Shown here one piece after another: positions 1 through 7,902 of a DNA stretch of 64,000 bases (within the stretch, counting starts at the first letter, position 1; every line of letters starts with the position of its first letter). The DNA lies in the sequence record MW879344.1, one strand, 5' to 3'. Both the position numbers and the translations under genes were made by a program. The notes under the pieces were generated by a model, which saw only the letters and a program-made list of their open reading frames with translations, made no database searches and was not told the DNA's origin.

Positions 1-54
1 CTTCAGCGATTCTTTATCAAGAACGGCGTTCTCGTGAAAAAGAGGAACGTAAAA

Positions 55-243
55 ATGACGAAAGCGGAACTACTGGAAATTCTTAAAGATTATTCAGATG
101 ATTCATGTATTGAAGTAGTTCATGGTGGTGCACATTTTGATATTACGTGTGTAGTACCTTATAATGATAATGGAACTATTATCGCTGAATTAGGAATTTT
201 TGATCAAAAAACTATTCCTGAATCTGCAAAAAGGGTAATTTAA
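55..243 (+). CDS. hypothetical protein
   Basis: ORF; ATG at 55 follows GAGGA SD. Confidence 0.75.
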   Translation: MTKAELLEILKDYSDDSCIEVVHGGAHFDITCVVPYNDNGTIIAELGIFDQKTIPESAKRVI

Positions 244-375
244 ATGTCAATAAAAATTGATCCAGAAACTCAAACTGCGGTAGACCCTGAAAGTATTGGT
301 AAGGGTATGTGGAAACGTGCAGTACTAGCAATTTGTGTTATTGCTGCAATTATTGTCACTGCAAAAATTCTGTAA
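244..375 (+). CDS. small protein with C-terminal hydrophobic segment (43 aa)
   Basis: ORF MSIKIDPETQ...IIVTAKIL abutting previous stop; below ORF-track cutoff. Confidence 0.55.
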   Translation: MSIKIDPETQTAVDPESIGKGMWKRAVLAICVIAAIIVTAKIL

Positions 376-454
376 AAAGTACTTGACAGATATTGATAAT
401 TTTGATATTATATCTGTCAAGGAATTTTTAATTAAGAACAAAAAAGGTACTTAC

Positions 455-670
455 ATGAAAACTCTGTATTGCTGGGTCGCTGGTTTAATTAGTGTGATGG
501 TTGGTATAATGATAACCTCTATCCGAATGGCAACATGGCCTCAAGGTAATATGTATTATCTATCATATGATGAACGGCTGTTTGTCGGTTTGTGGGGTGG
601 TGGTCTATTTTGTATGTGGGTGCTTATAATTGCACTTATTGTTTGGTTAGTTGTAAAAGGTACTGACTAA
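455..670 (+). CDS. small membrane protein
   Basis: ATG 455 after AAGG; two hydrophobic segments. Confidence 0.7.
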   Translation: MKTLYCWVAGLISVMVGIMITSIRMATWPQGNMYYLSYDERLFVGLWGGGLFCMWVLIIALIVWLVVKGTD

Positions 671-1077
671 TGAATGAAGTAATTGAAACTTGGCTTAATA
701 AGGCAAAAACGTATCCACCTGCGGAAATCTTTTTTGAAAAATACGGAAAAGAAGCAAAAGCAGAAGAACGCCTGAAAGGTGTTTGTGAAGAAGTATATCG
801 TTTCTGTTTCCCTGAAAACCAAAAAAATCCATTAGGTGATTTGGGTGCTTCCTATCGTGATTTTGAAGTAGCTTATATTATGGGTTTTGAAGGTATGAAG
901 CCAGAATATATTCAAAAAGTAAAAGATAAATTTCTCGAAGATGTGAAATTTGCAATTACTGCATTGGATAATCTGTTTAAAAAAGATCAAGTACTTCAAC
1001 AGTATTATGCACCGTGGAAAGTTAAATTCTCTGAAATTAATTCTATTGTGTTCGATATGACTAAGGATTATCTATGA
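670..1077 (+). CDS. hypothetical protein
   Basis: ORF coupled to upstream stop. Confidence 0.8.
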   Translation: MNEVIETWLNKAKTYPPAEIFFEKYGKEAKAEERLKGVCEEVYRFCFPENQKNPLGDLGASYRDFEVAYIMGFEGMKPEYIQKVKDKFLEDVKFAITALDNLFKKDQVLQQYYAPWKVKFSEINSIVFDMTKDYL

Positions 1078-1373
1078 AAAAGTTTCATCATGAACATCAA
1101 ATTCATTTAGTATCACCTTGCATTGAACTTATTACCAATAATTCAGATTATTGGGAAGTACGTGAACGCTTGGATGATAATATGAATGGTGAAGTATCAT
1201 TGGTATGGGATCAGTATAATAGAAATCTTTTAAATCTCAGTATTAAAGTACGTTCAGCCGATATTAATTATGCTGAAAAGCTTGATAAAGCTATTGACGA
1301 TTTAGCTGGGTACTGTTATGATTACGAATGTAATATCCGTATCGGCGGTGAAATTGTTCGGAGTGAAGTATGA
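1074..1373 (+). CDS. hypothetical protein
   Basis: ORF, ATGA overlap. Confidence 0.75.
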   Translation: MKKFHHEHQIHLVSPCIELITNNSDYWEVRERLDDNMNGEVSLVWDQYNRNLLNLSIKVRSADINYAEKLDKAIDDLAGYCYDYECNIRIGGEIVRSEV

Positions 1374-1606
1374 AACTTGTAGCAATCGAACGAATTGGTG
1401 ATTTTTCTATGCCGTACTTGAAATTGTTCAAAGGTTCAGAAGATTCACCATCACCTGAAGTAGTACTGGCAGAATTGGAAGCAGTTAATTATCAAATTAA
1501 TGTATTCTCAGATCAGGATGAAAAATTAGATAAACAAATGACTCGTATTCTTAACCGTAATGGTTATACGGAGTTTGAACCACCAACGGTCACGATTAGT
1601 GACTAA
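1370..1606 (+). CDS. hypothetical protein
   Basis: ORF, ATGA overlap, GGAG SD. Confidence 0.75.
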   Translation: MKLVAIERIGDFSMPYLKLFKGSEDSPSPEVVLAELEAVNYQINVFSDQDEKLDKQMTRILNRNGYTEFEPPTVTISD

Positions 1607-1613
1607 TTAATTT

Positions 1614-1729
1614 GCAGTGATCGTCTAGAGGCTTAGGACACGAAAAAGCGATTCTTGGTTAAGAATCTTACGGCATCAATAAACTTTCATTTCACGAACG
1701 TAACGCAGGTTCGAATCCTGCTCACTGCA
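1614..1729 (+). tRNA. tRNA-Glu(TTC) interrupted by a 43-nt insert (1643-1685) in the anticodon stem
   Basis: Acceptor GCAGTGA/TCACTGC, T-arm GCAGG-TTCGAAT-CCTGC; removing 1643-1685 restores CG|TTC/GAACG stem around TTC (1691-1693). Confidence 0.8.
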
Positions 1730-1747
1730 CTAATATTGGAGTAATAT

Positions 1748-2050
1748 ATGAAAAGTATTCTTCTCTTTGAGTACTTCGCAACTGGCGAAGGTTGGCGTAC
1801 TGTAATCCGTTTCTATAATCAGAATCGTATTTCTGATGAGGCTGCACTGGAAACATTAAAATCAGAATTCGATCCATATTTTCATGTAGGATTTGAATTG
1901 CATGATATTAGTACTGTCAAGGATAACGCATCATTAATGCGTACTTTGAAAGAACATGTTCCAATTTTGTACAATTATGTTATGTTACCAGATGATGAAT
2001 ATCATCCAGTAATTAATGTAAAATATGAAGGTTATGTAAACTATTCATAA
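1748..2050 (+). CDS. hypothetical protein
   Basis: ORF with GGAG SD. Confidence 0.8.
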   Translation: MKSILLFEYFATGEGWRTVIRFYNQNRISDEAALETLKSEFDPYFHVGFELHDISTVKDNASLMRTLKEHVPILYNYVMLPDDEYHPVINVKYEGYVNYS

Positions 2051-2059
2051 AAGTAATTT

Positions 2060-2185
2060 GTGGGGTTAGCTCAGTCTGGTAGAGCAGCGAAAGAAAAAAC
2101 AATGGAATCTTGAAAAGGATTCTAACAGCATTATATCTTCTACTGTAAATTCGCAGGTCGGTGAGTTCGAATCCACCATCCCACA
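2060..2185 (+). tRNA. tRNA-Tyr(GTA)-like, short variable loop, interrupted by ~51-nt insert (~2092-2142)
   Basis: Acceptor GTGGGGT/ATCCCAC, D-stem GCTC/GAGC, GCGAA/TTCGC stem and CT-GTA-AA loop after removing insert. Confidence 0.75.
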
Positions 2186-2195
2186 CAAATTTGTC

Positions 2196-2224
2196 TTGAC
2201 ATGGTGTATCCTGTGTGTTATATT
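2196..2224 (+). promoter_or_regulatory. sigma70-type promoter
   Basis: TTGACA-N17-TATATT. Confidence 0.65.
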
Positions 2225-2258
2225 ACTATCATCAATTAAACGAGATAGGATTTAAATT

Positions 2259-2531
2259 ATGGACGGGATTGCAATGCGTATTCAAGTCTTACCGAATGGT
2301 TTGATTATTGGTCATGTTGTTCCAAAAGAACATCCAGCGAATCGCTGTTATAATTTGGAACCTAACCATGTATATGAACTTCAAATTGATCTTACTTATG
2401 GTAACGATAAATTGAAAAACATTGGCGAAGCTGATTTTAAAACTTCTGATGTTGATCCTCGTGGTTGTAGTATCGACCACTTGATTGCAGTAAGCAGTGG
2501 GCGTCATTTAACCGTGAATGATGGGAAATAA
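2259..2531 (+). CDS. hypothetical protein
   Basis: ORF downstream of promoter, AGGA SD. Confidence 0.75.
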   Translation: MDGIAMRIQVLPNGLIIGHVVPKEHPANRCYNLEPNHVYELQIDLTYGNDKLKNIGEADFKTSDVDPRGCSIDHLIAVSSGRHLTVNDGK

Positions 2532-2533
2532 AA

Positions 2534-2899
2534 ATGAAAGTATTCATTGATGATATTCGTGACCCAAAAAATTACTTGACACCAGAACAGGCTGATGGTA
2601 TTATTTGGATCAAAGAGTGGTGGTCAGCAAAACGCTTTTTGATTGATCATGCTGCTGAAATTGAAGTGATTCATTTTGACCATTACATGGATGAACCAAC
2701 GTTAACTGGTAAAGATTTATTCTTTATGGTTGCTGGGGATTGTATGTGGGGTGGAAAAGAAACATGGATTAAACTACAGAAAATTTATTTACATTCTTCT
2801 GATGTTGATATGGTTGAAGAACTTGTTGAAGAATATAGTACTGAATTGGCTGAAGCTGGTGTTGAGCTTATTGATAACCATCAAGAAAGGAACTACTAA
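2534..2899 (+). CDS. cyclic-phosphate processing receiver-like domain protein
   Basis: MKVFIDDIRDP...IHFDHY...GKD...IYLHSSD matches the LDDxRxP / DHD / HS pattern. Confidence 0.7.
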   Translation: MKVFIDDIRDPKNYLTPEQADGIIWIKEWWSAKRFLIDHAAEIEVIHFDHYMDEPTLTGKDLFFMVAGDCMWGGKETWIKLQKIYLHSSDVDMVEELVEEYSTELAEAGVELIDNHQERNY

Positions 2900-3256
2900 A
2901 TGAAAGTTTATGTAGATGATATTCGTAATCCACAAAACCATCTAAGTTCTGAACAGGCAGCCGATGTAGTATGGATTAAAGAATGGTGGGATGCACGTAA
3001 CTTTATCTTTTATAATAATTTAGAAATTGAAGTGATTCATTTAGATAATTATCTAGGTGACCGTACCCACACTGGGGCTGATTTACTTCAAATGATTACA
3101 TATAGGTTTCGCCGTGGGGAATTCCCTAAGTTGAAACAAATTTATCTTCACAGTTCTGATAAAGATATTGTGAATAAACTGTATGACAAACATATTGAAC
3201 GTTGTACAGAAGCTGGTGTTGAATTAATTAAAAATTCACGTCCAAACCGTAGTTAA
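2900..3256 (+). CDS. cyclic-phosphate processing receiver-like domain protein (tandem paralog)
   Basis: MKVYVDDIRNP...IHLDNYLG...GAD...IYLHSSD; clear paralog of 2534-2899. Confidence 0.7.
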   Translation: MKVYVDDIRNPQNHLSSEQAADVVWIKEWWDARNFIFYNNLEIEVIHLDNYLGDRTHTGADLLQMITYRFRRGEFPKLKQIYLHSSDKDIVNKLYDKHIERCTEAGVELIKNSRPNRS

Positions 3257-3262
3257 ACAAAT

Positions 3263-3384
3263 GGCGAGTTAGCTCAGTTGGTAGAGCAGGAAAAAAACCG
3301 ATTCTTGTATTGAATCGTACAGCAAACAATACTATTGCACTTTTAATGCCCTTGTCGGGGGTTCAATTCCCTCACTCGCCACCA
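3263..3384 (+). tRNA. tRNA-Lys(TTT) interrupted by a 46-nt insert (3291-3336) in the anticodon stem
   Basis: Acceptor GGCGAGT/ACTCGCC+ACCA; removing 3291-3336 gives GG|GCA-CT-TTT-AA-TGCCC. Confidence 0.85.
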
Positions 3385-3392
3385 AAACATCA

Positions 3393-3444
3393 AATATTCG
3401 AACCTATATGATAAATAAAAATAAATTATATAGGTTCGAATATT
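3393..3444 (+). promoter_or_regulatory. 17-bp inverted repeat over HNH ribosome-binding region, ATAAATA in the loop
   Basis: AATATTCGAACCTATAT (3393-3409) / ATATAGGTTCGAATATT (3428-3444); ATAAATA 3411-3417; ATG 3445. Confidence 0.7.
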
Positions 3445-4056
3445 ATGAATATATGTTTACAATGTAATCAAGAAATTGATGATAAGAAAAAGTTTTGTAA
3501 TAAATCTTGTGCGGCAAAGTACAATAATTCTCATAGAATATTGTCGGAAGAAACAAAATCTAAAATTTCTAAATCTTTAAAAGATCGAGAAGCTAAATTT
3601 ATTGAAACTGAAAATGTTAAGGCTGGTAGACTTCGAGCAGGTGCAAAACGTAGTGAATATGCGATTGGAAAATTATTATCTGATGATTTTGAATCATTAA
3701 GTGTTATAAGAAAGAAAAAACGTGTAAAAATGGAACAAGATAATAAATGTTTAATATGTGATTTATCTGAATGGCGTGGTTCTTTATTAACATTGGAAGT
3801 AGATCATATAGATGGAAATAACATGAATAATAGTAGAGATAATTTAAGAGCTTTATGTCCTAATTGTCATTCACAAACTGAAACGTGGCGTGGGAAAAAT
3901 AGTAAAAAAGTTATTTCAGATGAACTTTTAATTGAGATTATTTCAGTTTCTTCATCTATTGCAGAAGTTATTCGAAATACCAATATGTCTAAATCAAAAA
4001 CTTCGTATAATAAAATCCGTGCTATTATGGAAATGAATAAACTATCATTTAACTAA
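3445..4056 (+). CDS. HNH homing endonuclease with N-terminal Zn-binding motif
   Basis: LEVDHIDGNNMNN...NLRALCPNCHSQT; CxxC...FCNKSC. Confidence 0.9.
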   Translation: MNICLQCNQEIDDKKKFCNKSCAAKYNNSHRILSEETKSKISKSLKDREAKFIETENVKAGRLRAGAKRSEYAIGKLLSDDFESLSVIRKKKRVKMEQDNKCLICDLSEWRGSLLTLEVDHIDGNNMNNSRDNLRALCPNCHSQTETWRGKNSKKVISDELLIEIISVSSSIAEVIRNTNMSKSKTSYNKIRAIMEMNKLSFN

Positions 4057-4065
4057 GGTATAATT

Positions 4066-4272
4066 ATGTTCCTTGATGAAATTAAATCTGTTCCATTCCC
4101 AAGCTATAAAGCTTTGGAAAAATCACGTAACGAATCGTCTAAGTCTGTTAATCCAACAACTTATGATCGTTATGAAAAGTACCATTATCCTGCTGGTACA
4201 GAATTACGTTTAGCAAAAGCTATTGATTCTGTAATTGTAAAAATTAAAAAGGTAATTAACTATGTCGGTTAA
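4066..4272 (+). CDS. hypothetical protein
   Basis: ORF, AAGG SD. Confidence 0.7.
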   Translation: MFLDEIKSVPFPSYKALEKSRNESSKSVNPTTYDRYEKYHYPAGTELRLAKAIDSVIVKIKKVINYVG

Positions 4273-4672
4273 ATTCACACCAGTAGTAACTACATTGAAA
4301 AATACACTTGTTGTTGAATTGGAATACGAGCATGGTGATGCAGATGCAACTACCTTTGAATATGTAAATATTCCAGTACTTCCTGAACAAAAAGAAAGTA
4401 TTGGTGTGTTACTTTCAATGATTGAGCACGGTCTTGAATGTCAAAATGCTGAACGTTATGATGAAGATAGTGATCCAGTATTTGAAGATGACACTGTTTC
4501 ATTATTAGTAATGGACGGTGGCGAAATTAGCTTTACATATAATGGTATTAATGTTAACATTGGCAATGTTGGTGATTGTACCGTTGATGGTCAATTTAAT
4601 GCATCGGGCGGTATTAATGCGGTTTATTACTACGATGAAAATGCTATTAAATACAGTGTAACTGAATATTAA
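4262..4672 (+). CDS. hypothetical acidic protein
   Basis: ORF overlapping upstream stop. Confidence 0.8.
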   Translation: MSVKFTPVVTTLKNTLVVELEYEHGDADATTFEYVNIPVLPEQKESIGVLLSMIEHGLECQNAERYDEDSDPVFEDDTVSLLVMDGGEISFTYNGINVNIGNVGDCTVDGQFNASGGINAVYYYDENAIKYSVTEY

Positions 4673-4687
4673 AATTTGCGGGAACGC

Positions 4688-4717
4688 TTGACAAACTGCC
4701 AAAGACCCCGCTATAAT
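4688..4717 (+). promoter_or_regulatory. sigma70-type promoter
   Basis: TTGACA-N18-TATAAT. Confidence 0.65.
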
Positions 4718-4730
4718 AGAGGGGTTCTTT

Positions 4731-4883
4731 ATGAAGCATTATTATGATGTATTAGTGACGGTAGTTGTCTTATTCGGTCTTGCAACTTGTTTGTTTAAAA
4801 GTATAATTGTGGCATTTATTGGAATAGCAATATTCTTTTTAGGATGCCTTGTTGAATATCTTATCAATAGGAACAAAACATGA
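4731..4883 (+). CDS. small membrane protein (50 aa)
   Basis: MKHYYDVLVT... after GAGGGG SD; hydrophobic. Confidence 0.6.
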   Translation: MKHYYDVLVTVVVLFGLATCLFKSIIVAFIGIAIFFLGCLVEYLINRNKT

Positions 4884-5221
4884 AACACTTCTTGGAAGTA
4901 CTGTTCGTAGCAATTGCAATTTTGGCGGGTTTATTAGGTCACGTTGGTCTTGCGATTTGGGCAGGTATGTTTGGTGTGATTATGTGGTTTATTATCCCAA
5001 ATCCAACGTACCAACCACAAGTTCCTGTAGTACCAAAAATTAATGGTATTGAAGTGGAATTTAAATATCGTTCAGATGAAGAAGGTAAAACGTTCACCAT
5101 CGTTGTGCCAAATAATGGTGATGAAGAAATTGTTAATGTGGTTAAGTACATTAACAATTTAACAGGTACAGAAACCTCGGCTGAACGTTTAGAGATTTTA
5201 TCTACTAGGTACTTAATTTAA
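4880..5221 (+). CDS. membrane-anchored hypothetical protein
   Basis: N-terminal hydrophobic helices; ATGA overlap. Confidence 0.75.
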   Translation: MKHFLEVLFVAIAILAGLLGHVGLAIWAGMFGVIMWFIIPNPTYQPQVPVVPKINGIEVEFKYRSDEEGKTFTIVVPNNGDEEIVNVVKYINNLTGTETSAERLEILSTRYLI

Positions 5222-5265
5222 AAGTACTTTAATAGTGAAAGCCCTTATTAAAGGGCTTTTTAATT

Positions 5266-5351
5266 GGGGATATGGCGAAATTGGTAAGACGCACCACACT
5301 CAAAATGTGGCGGTTTAATCCGTGTCGGTTCGACTCCGACTATCCCCACCA
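5266..5351 (+). tRNA. tRNA-Leu(CAA)
   Basis: GGGGATA/TATCCCC, CCACA-CT-CAA-AA-TGTGG, long variable arm, ACCA. Confidence 0.95.
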
Positions 5352-5362
5352 AAAAAAAAAGA

Positions 5363-5465
5363 TTGACAGTGCTACAAATTTTAAGTAAGATAGAGTCATT
5401 GAGTTCAGCAAGTTTAAAAAATCTTTAAAAAACTGCTTGACAAGTGATTACAAATTCGATACTAT
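5363..5465 (+). promoter_or_regulatory. tandem sigma70-type promoters with A-rich UP tracts
   Basis: TTGACA-N17-TAAGAT (5363-5391) and TTGACA-N17-TACTAT (5437-5465). Confidence 0.75.
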
Positions 5466-5551
5466 GTATCACATCGACGGATGTAAAACGTATCTCTTGG
5501 TACTCAACGTTGAGTACTGTTTTAGAAAATAATATATAAGGGCTTTAAAAA

Positions 5552-5773
5552 ATGGCTAAGAACACTATTACTGATATTGGCGAAGTTGAACGTACTGTGA
5601 ACTACATCAAGTTCCAGATCTCTCAAGCTGACGAACAGCTTGCTCCATTCGCTAACAGCGATAAGCCAAAGATCTGCTATGCACATCTGTTGGATTGGAA
5701 AAAACAGTTGCAGTCTGAACTGTATGAAATCCGTCAGGCTCAGCAGAAAGCACGTCACAACACGCACAAGTAA
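5552..5773 (+). CDS. small helical protein, probably early
   Basis: First ORF after tandem promoters; host-like codon use. Confidence 0.8.
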   Translation: MAKNTITDIGEVERTVNYIKFQISQADEQLAPFANSDKPKICYAHLLDWKKQLQSELYEIRQAQQKARHNTHK

Positions 5774-5833
5774 TGAGCCATGCCGCTAACATCGTTAGCG
5801 GCGTCTTTTAAGTGATAAAAAGAGTATAAAAAT

Positions 5834-6076
5834 ATGAAAAGTGCAACTACTTTAAAGAACATGCATACTCGCATTGAGTTACTTAAATCACAACGTGATT
5901 TAGCATGGATTGAATGGCATAAGTTAAATGATTTGGAACAGCGTAACAAAGAGCAAGGTAAAGCATTGTCTCAAACTTTCGCCCTTATCACTAAACTGAC
6001 ATATGAAATTCGCGGTCTGCAAATCACCTTTGGTGAACTGAAAGAACAAGTCATCAAAGAAATCATTTTGTCTTAA
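5834..6076 (+). CDS. hypothetical coiled-coil protein
   Basis: ORF with heptad-like pattern. Confidence 0.75.
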   Translation: MKSATTLKNMHTRIELLKSQRDLAWIEWHKLNDLEQRNKEQGKALSQTFALITKLTYEIRGLQITFGELKEQVIKEIILS

Positions 6077-6092
6077 CTAAAATGGGGTTGTT

Positions 6093-6554
6093 ATGGGTGC
6101 AATTATTCTGTACAGTATTTTAGGTTTTCTCGGTGTATTCACTTTGTATATGTTCGTTGTAACATCTGCAATGGGTACTGAACGTTTAAAAACTTCACAG
6201 TACTTTATGTCTTCATTAAGTTATAGTGAAGAAGCTACAGTAAAAATCAATCTTTTGATTGATAAGTATCAAGCTGGCTTACTTAAAGCTAAGCTTAAAT
6301 CAAATGTTATAGAATTCACCGAAATGGAAGGTAATGCACTGGCTGGTGAGATTTATATTGCAAATAAGTACTTCTCGTATGGTCAGTTGTATCGTTATGG
6401 TGCAAATGGAAATACTAAGTGGCAATGCAATAAACCAGATTTAAAAACTTTCAAGCGTATTATTAAACTTGAAAAACAACTTGATATTACTGATGAAGTT
6501 CCAGTACAAAAAAGTACTAGTAAGTCATCAGAAGAACAGGTTATTCTGGACTAA
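6093..6554 (+). CDS. membrane-anchored hypothetical protein
   Basis: N-terminal TM segment. Confidence 0.8.
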   Translation: MGAIILYSILGFLGVFTLYMFVVTSAMGTERLKTSQYFMSSLSYSEEATVKINLLIDKYQAGLLKAKLKSNVIEFTEMEGNALAGEIYIANKYFSYGQLYRYGANGNTKWQCNKPDLKTFKRIIKLEKQLDITDEVPVQKSTSKSSEEQVILD

Positions 6555-6590
6555 GGGCAGTAATGCCCTATTTTAATTGAGAGATTTAAT

Positions 6591-7274
6591 ATGAATATCA
6601 TTGAACGAGCAAAACATATTGTTTCCGTTTCTGAATTTGAAAGTAATGTTAATCCAATAGAAATGAAAAAGATTAAAGCAGTTTGTCCATACGATGAACA
6701 ATATATTTTACGTATGGTGGTAAGTACCGATGGTTTGACCTATCACTTACCTATTGAATTACGATGGATGTATCCATTGTATATTGCAGCTTTAAAACAT
6801 CAAACTGAAGTAATTGGGATAAAACATCCGTTTTGTTATATTACTGTTCGTCATGGTTTAGTTAAATCAATAACTGATGACGAATGGCACGTTGATGGAT
6901 TCAGTACTAAAATTGTTCATGTACCTGAACAGAACTACATTTGGTCTAACAGTATTCCTACCGAATACACCAATGTTTCTGTTAAGTTCCCTGATGATTT
7001 TGATTCTAATATTCATAATGTGAATCATTACTTACAAAAGTTTGTCCATAATGATGAAGTTCAGCAGTGTAAAGAAAATGTGTTGTATTGTTTAGACCCA
7101 TATATCTTACATCGTCGTCCATCATCAAGTACTGGTGAAGTACGTACTTTTGTTCGTATCTCATTTGTTCCAATTGAAATCAATGATGTTAATAACACCC
7201 AAAATAAGTTATTACCACGTACTTATAACAACGATGGGGTTCAAGTACGAAATAAATTGAGAACGTATGGCTAA
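6591..7274 (+). CDS. 2OG-Fe(II) oxygenase-like protein
   Basis: WHVDG (HxD), LHRRP (H), RTFVRISF (R) facial-triad pattern. Confidence 0.65.
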   Translation: MNIIERAKHIVSVSEFESNVNPIEMKKIKAVCPYDEQYILRMVVSTDGLTYHLPIELRWMYPLYIAALKHQTEVIGIKHPFCYITVRHGLVKSITDDEWHVDGFSTKIVHVPEQNYIWSNSIPTEYTNVSVKFPDDFDSNIHNVNHYLQKFVHNDEVQQCKENVLYCLDPYILHRRPSSSTGEVRTFVRISFVPIEINDVNNTQNKLLPRTYNNDGVQVRNKLRTYG

Positions 7275-7680
7275 AATTATTTGTGGATTTCCTGGTATAG
7301 GTAAGAGTAGTATTAAAAATATCGGCAAAGTACTTGATTTGGATAGTTCTTTGTATACCAAGAATTCTTTATTTCCTGCTAATTATATTGTTGATATTGT
7401 ATCTGCAATGGATGAATATGATTATATTTTGGTAAGTACGCATGACGTACTTAGAAAAGAATTACAATCAATGGGTATTAGTTATACTAATGTATATCCA
7501 GAGATTGATTTAGGTGAAGAATACCACGACCGTTATGTTCAACGCGGAAGTCCTGAAAGTTTTATTAATTTTATTGATGAAAATTGGGATGACTTCATAT
7601 ACGAATTGCAGTATGATGATTCTGAATATGTTGAACTGGAAAGCGGTCAATTTCTTTCAGATATTATAGCAAATATTTGA
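7267..7680 (+). CDS. small P-loop NTPase/kinase-like protein
   Basis: Walker A GFPGIGKSS; DLDSS. Confidence 0.75.
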   Translation: MAKIICGFPGIGKSSIKNIGKVLDLDSSLYTKNSLFPANYIVDIVSAMDEYDYILVSTHDVLRKELQSMGISYTNVYPEIDLGEEYHDRYVQRGSPESFINFIDENWDDFIYELQYDDSEYVELESGQFLSDIIANI

Positions 7681-7706
7681 AACGAAAGAAAAAATTGTGG
7701 TATAAT
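7678..7706 (+). promoter_or_regulatory. TGAAAC-N17-TATAAT promoter class
   Basis: Same pattern at 7862-7890, 13345-13373, 17383-17411, 26431-26459, 41636-41664. Confidence 0.7.
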
Positions 7707-7723
7707 ATAGTACATAAGGCAAC

Positions 7724-7840
7724 GGAATCTTACAGCAAAAATACTAATTTTTGATGAAAACGAAACGACGAGGTTCGAATCCTCACCCACGAATTGCCTT
7801 ATTATTAGTGGGAGCACGGTGCTGGATAAACAAAGATTCC
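7724..7840 (+). ncRNA. module-clamped, permuted tRNA-like RNA (degenerate)
   Basis: GGAATC-TTACAGCAA...GAGG-TTCGAAT-CCTC-ACCCAC...GTGGG...AAACAAA-GATTCC. Confidence 0.65.
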
Positions 7841-7861
7841 AGAATTTAAGTTAGAAAATTA

Positions 7862-7890
7862 TGAAACAAATCAAAAATTTGTGGTATAAT
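7862..7890 (+). promoter_or_regulatory. TGAAAC-N17-TATAAT promoter class
   Basis: TGAAAC 7862-7867, TGG-TATAAT ending 7890. Confidence 0.7.
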
Positions 7891-7902
7891 ATAAGAAGTA
7901 AA

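Noticed and set aside
1643-3336. tRNA inserts as group I/II introns or archaeal BHB introns
   Set aside because: Only 43-51 nt with no catalytic core elements; no bulge-helix-bulge visible at the junctions
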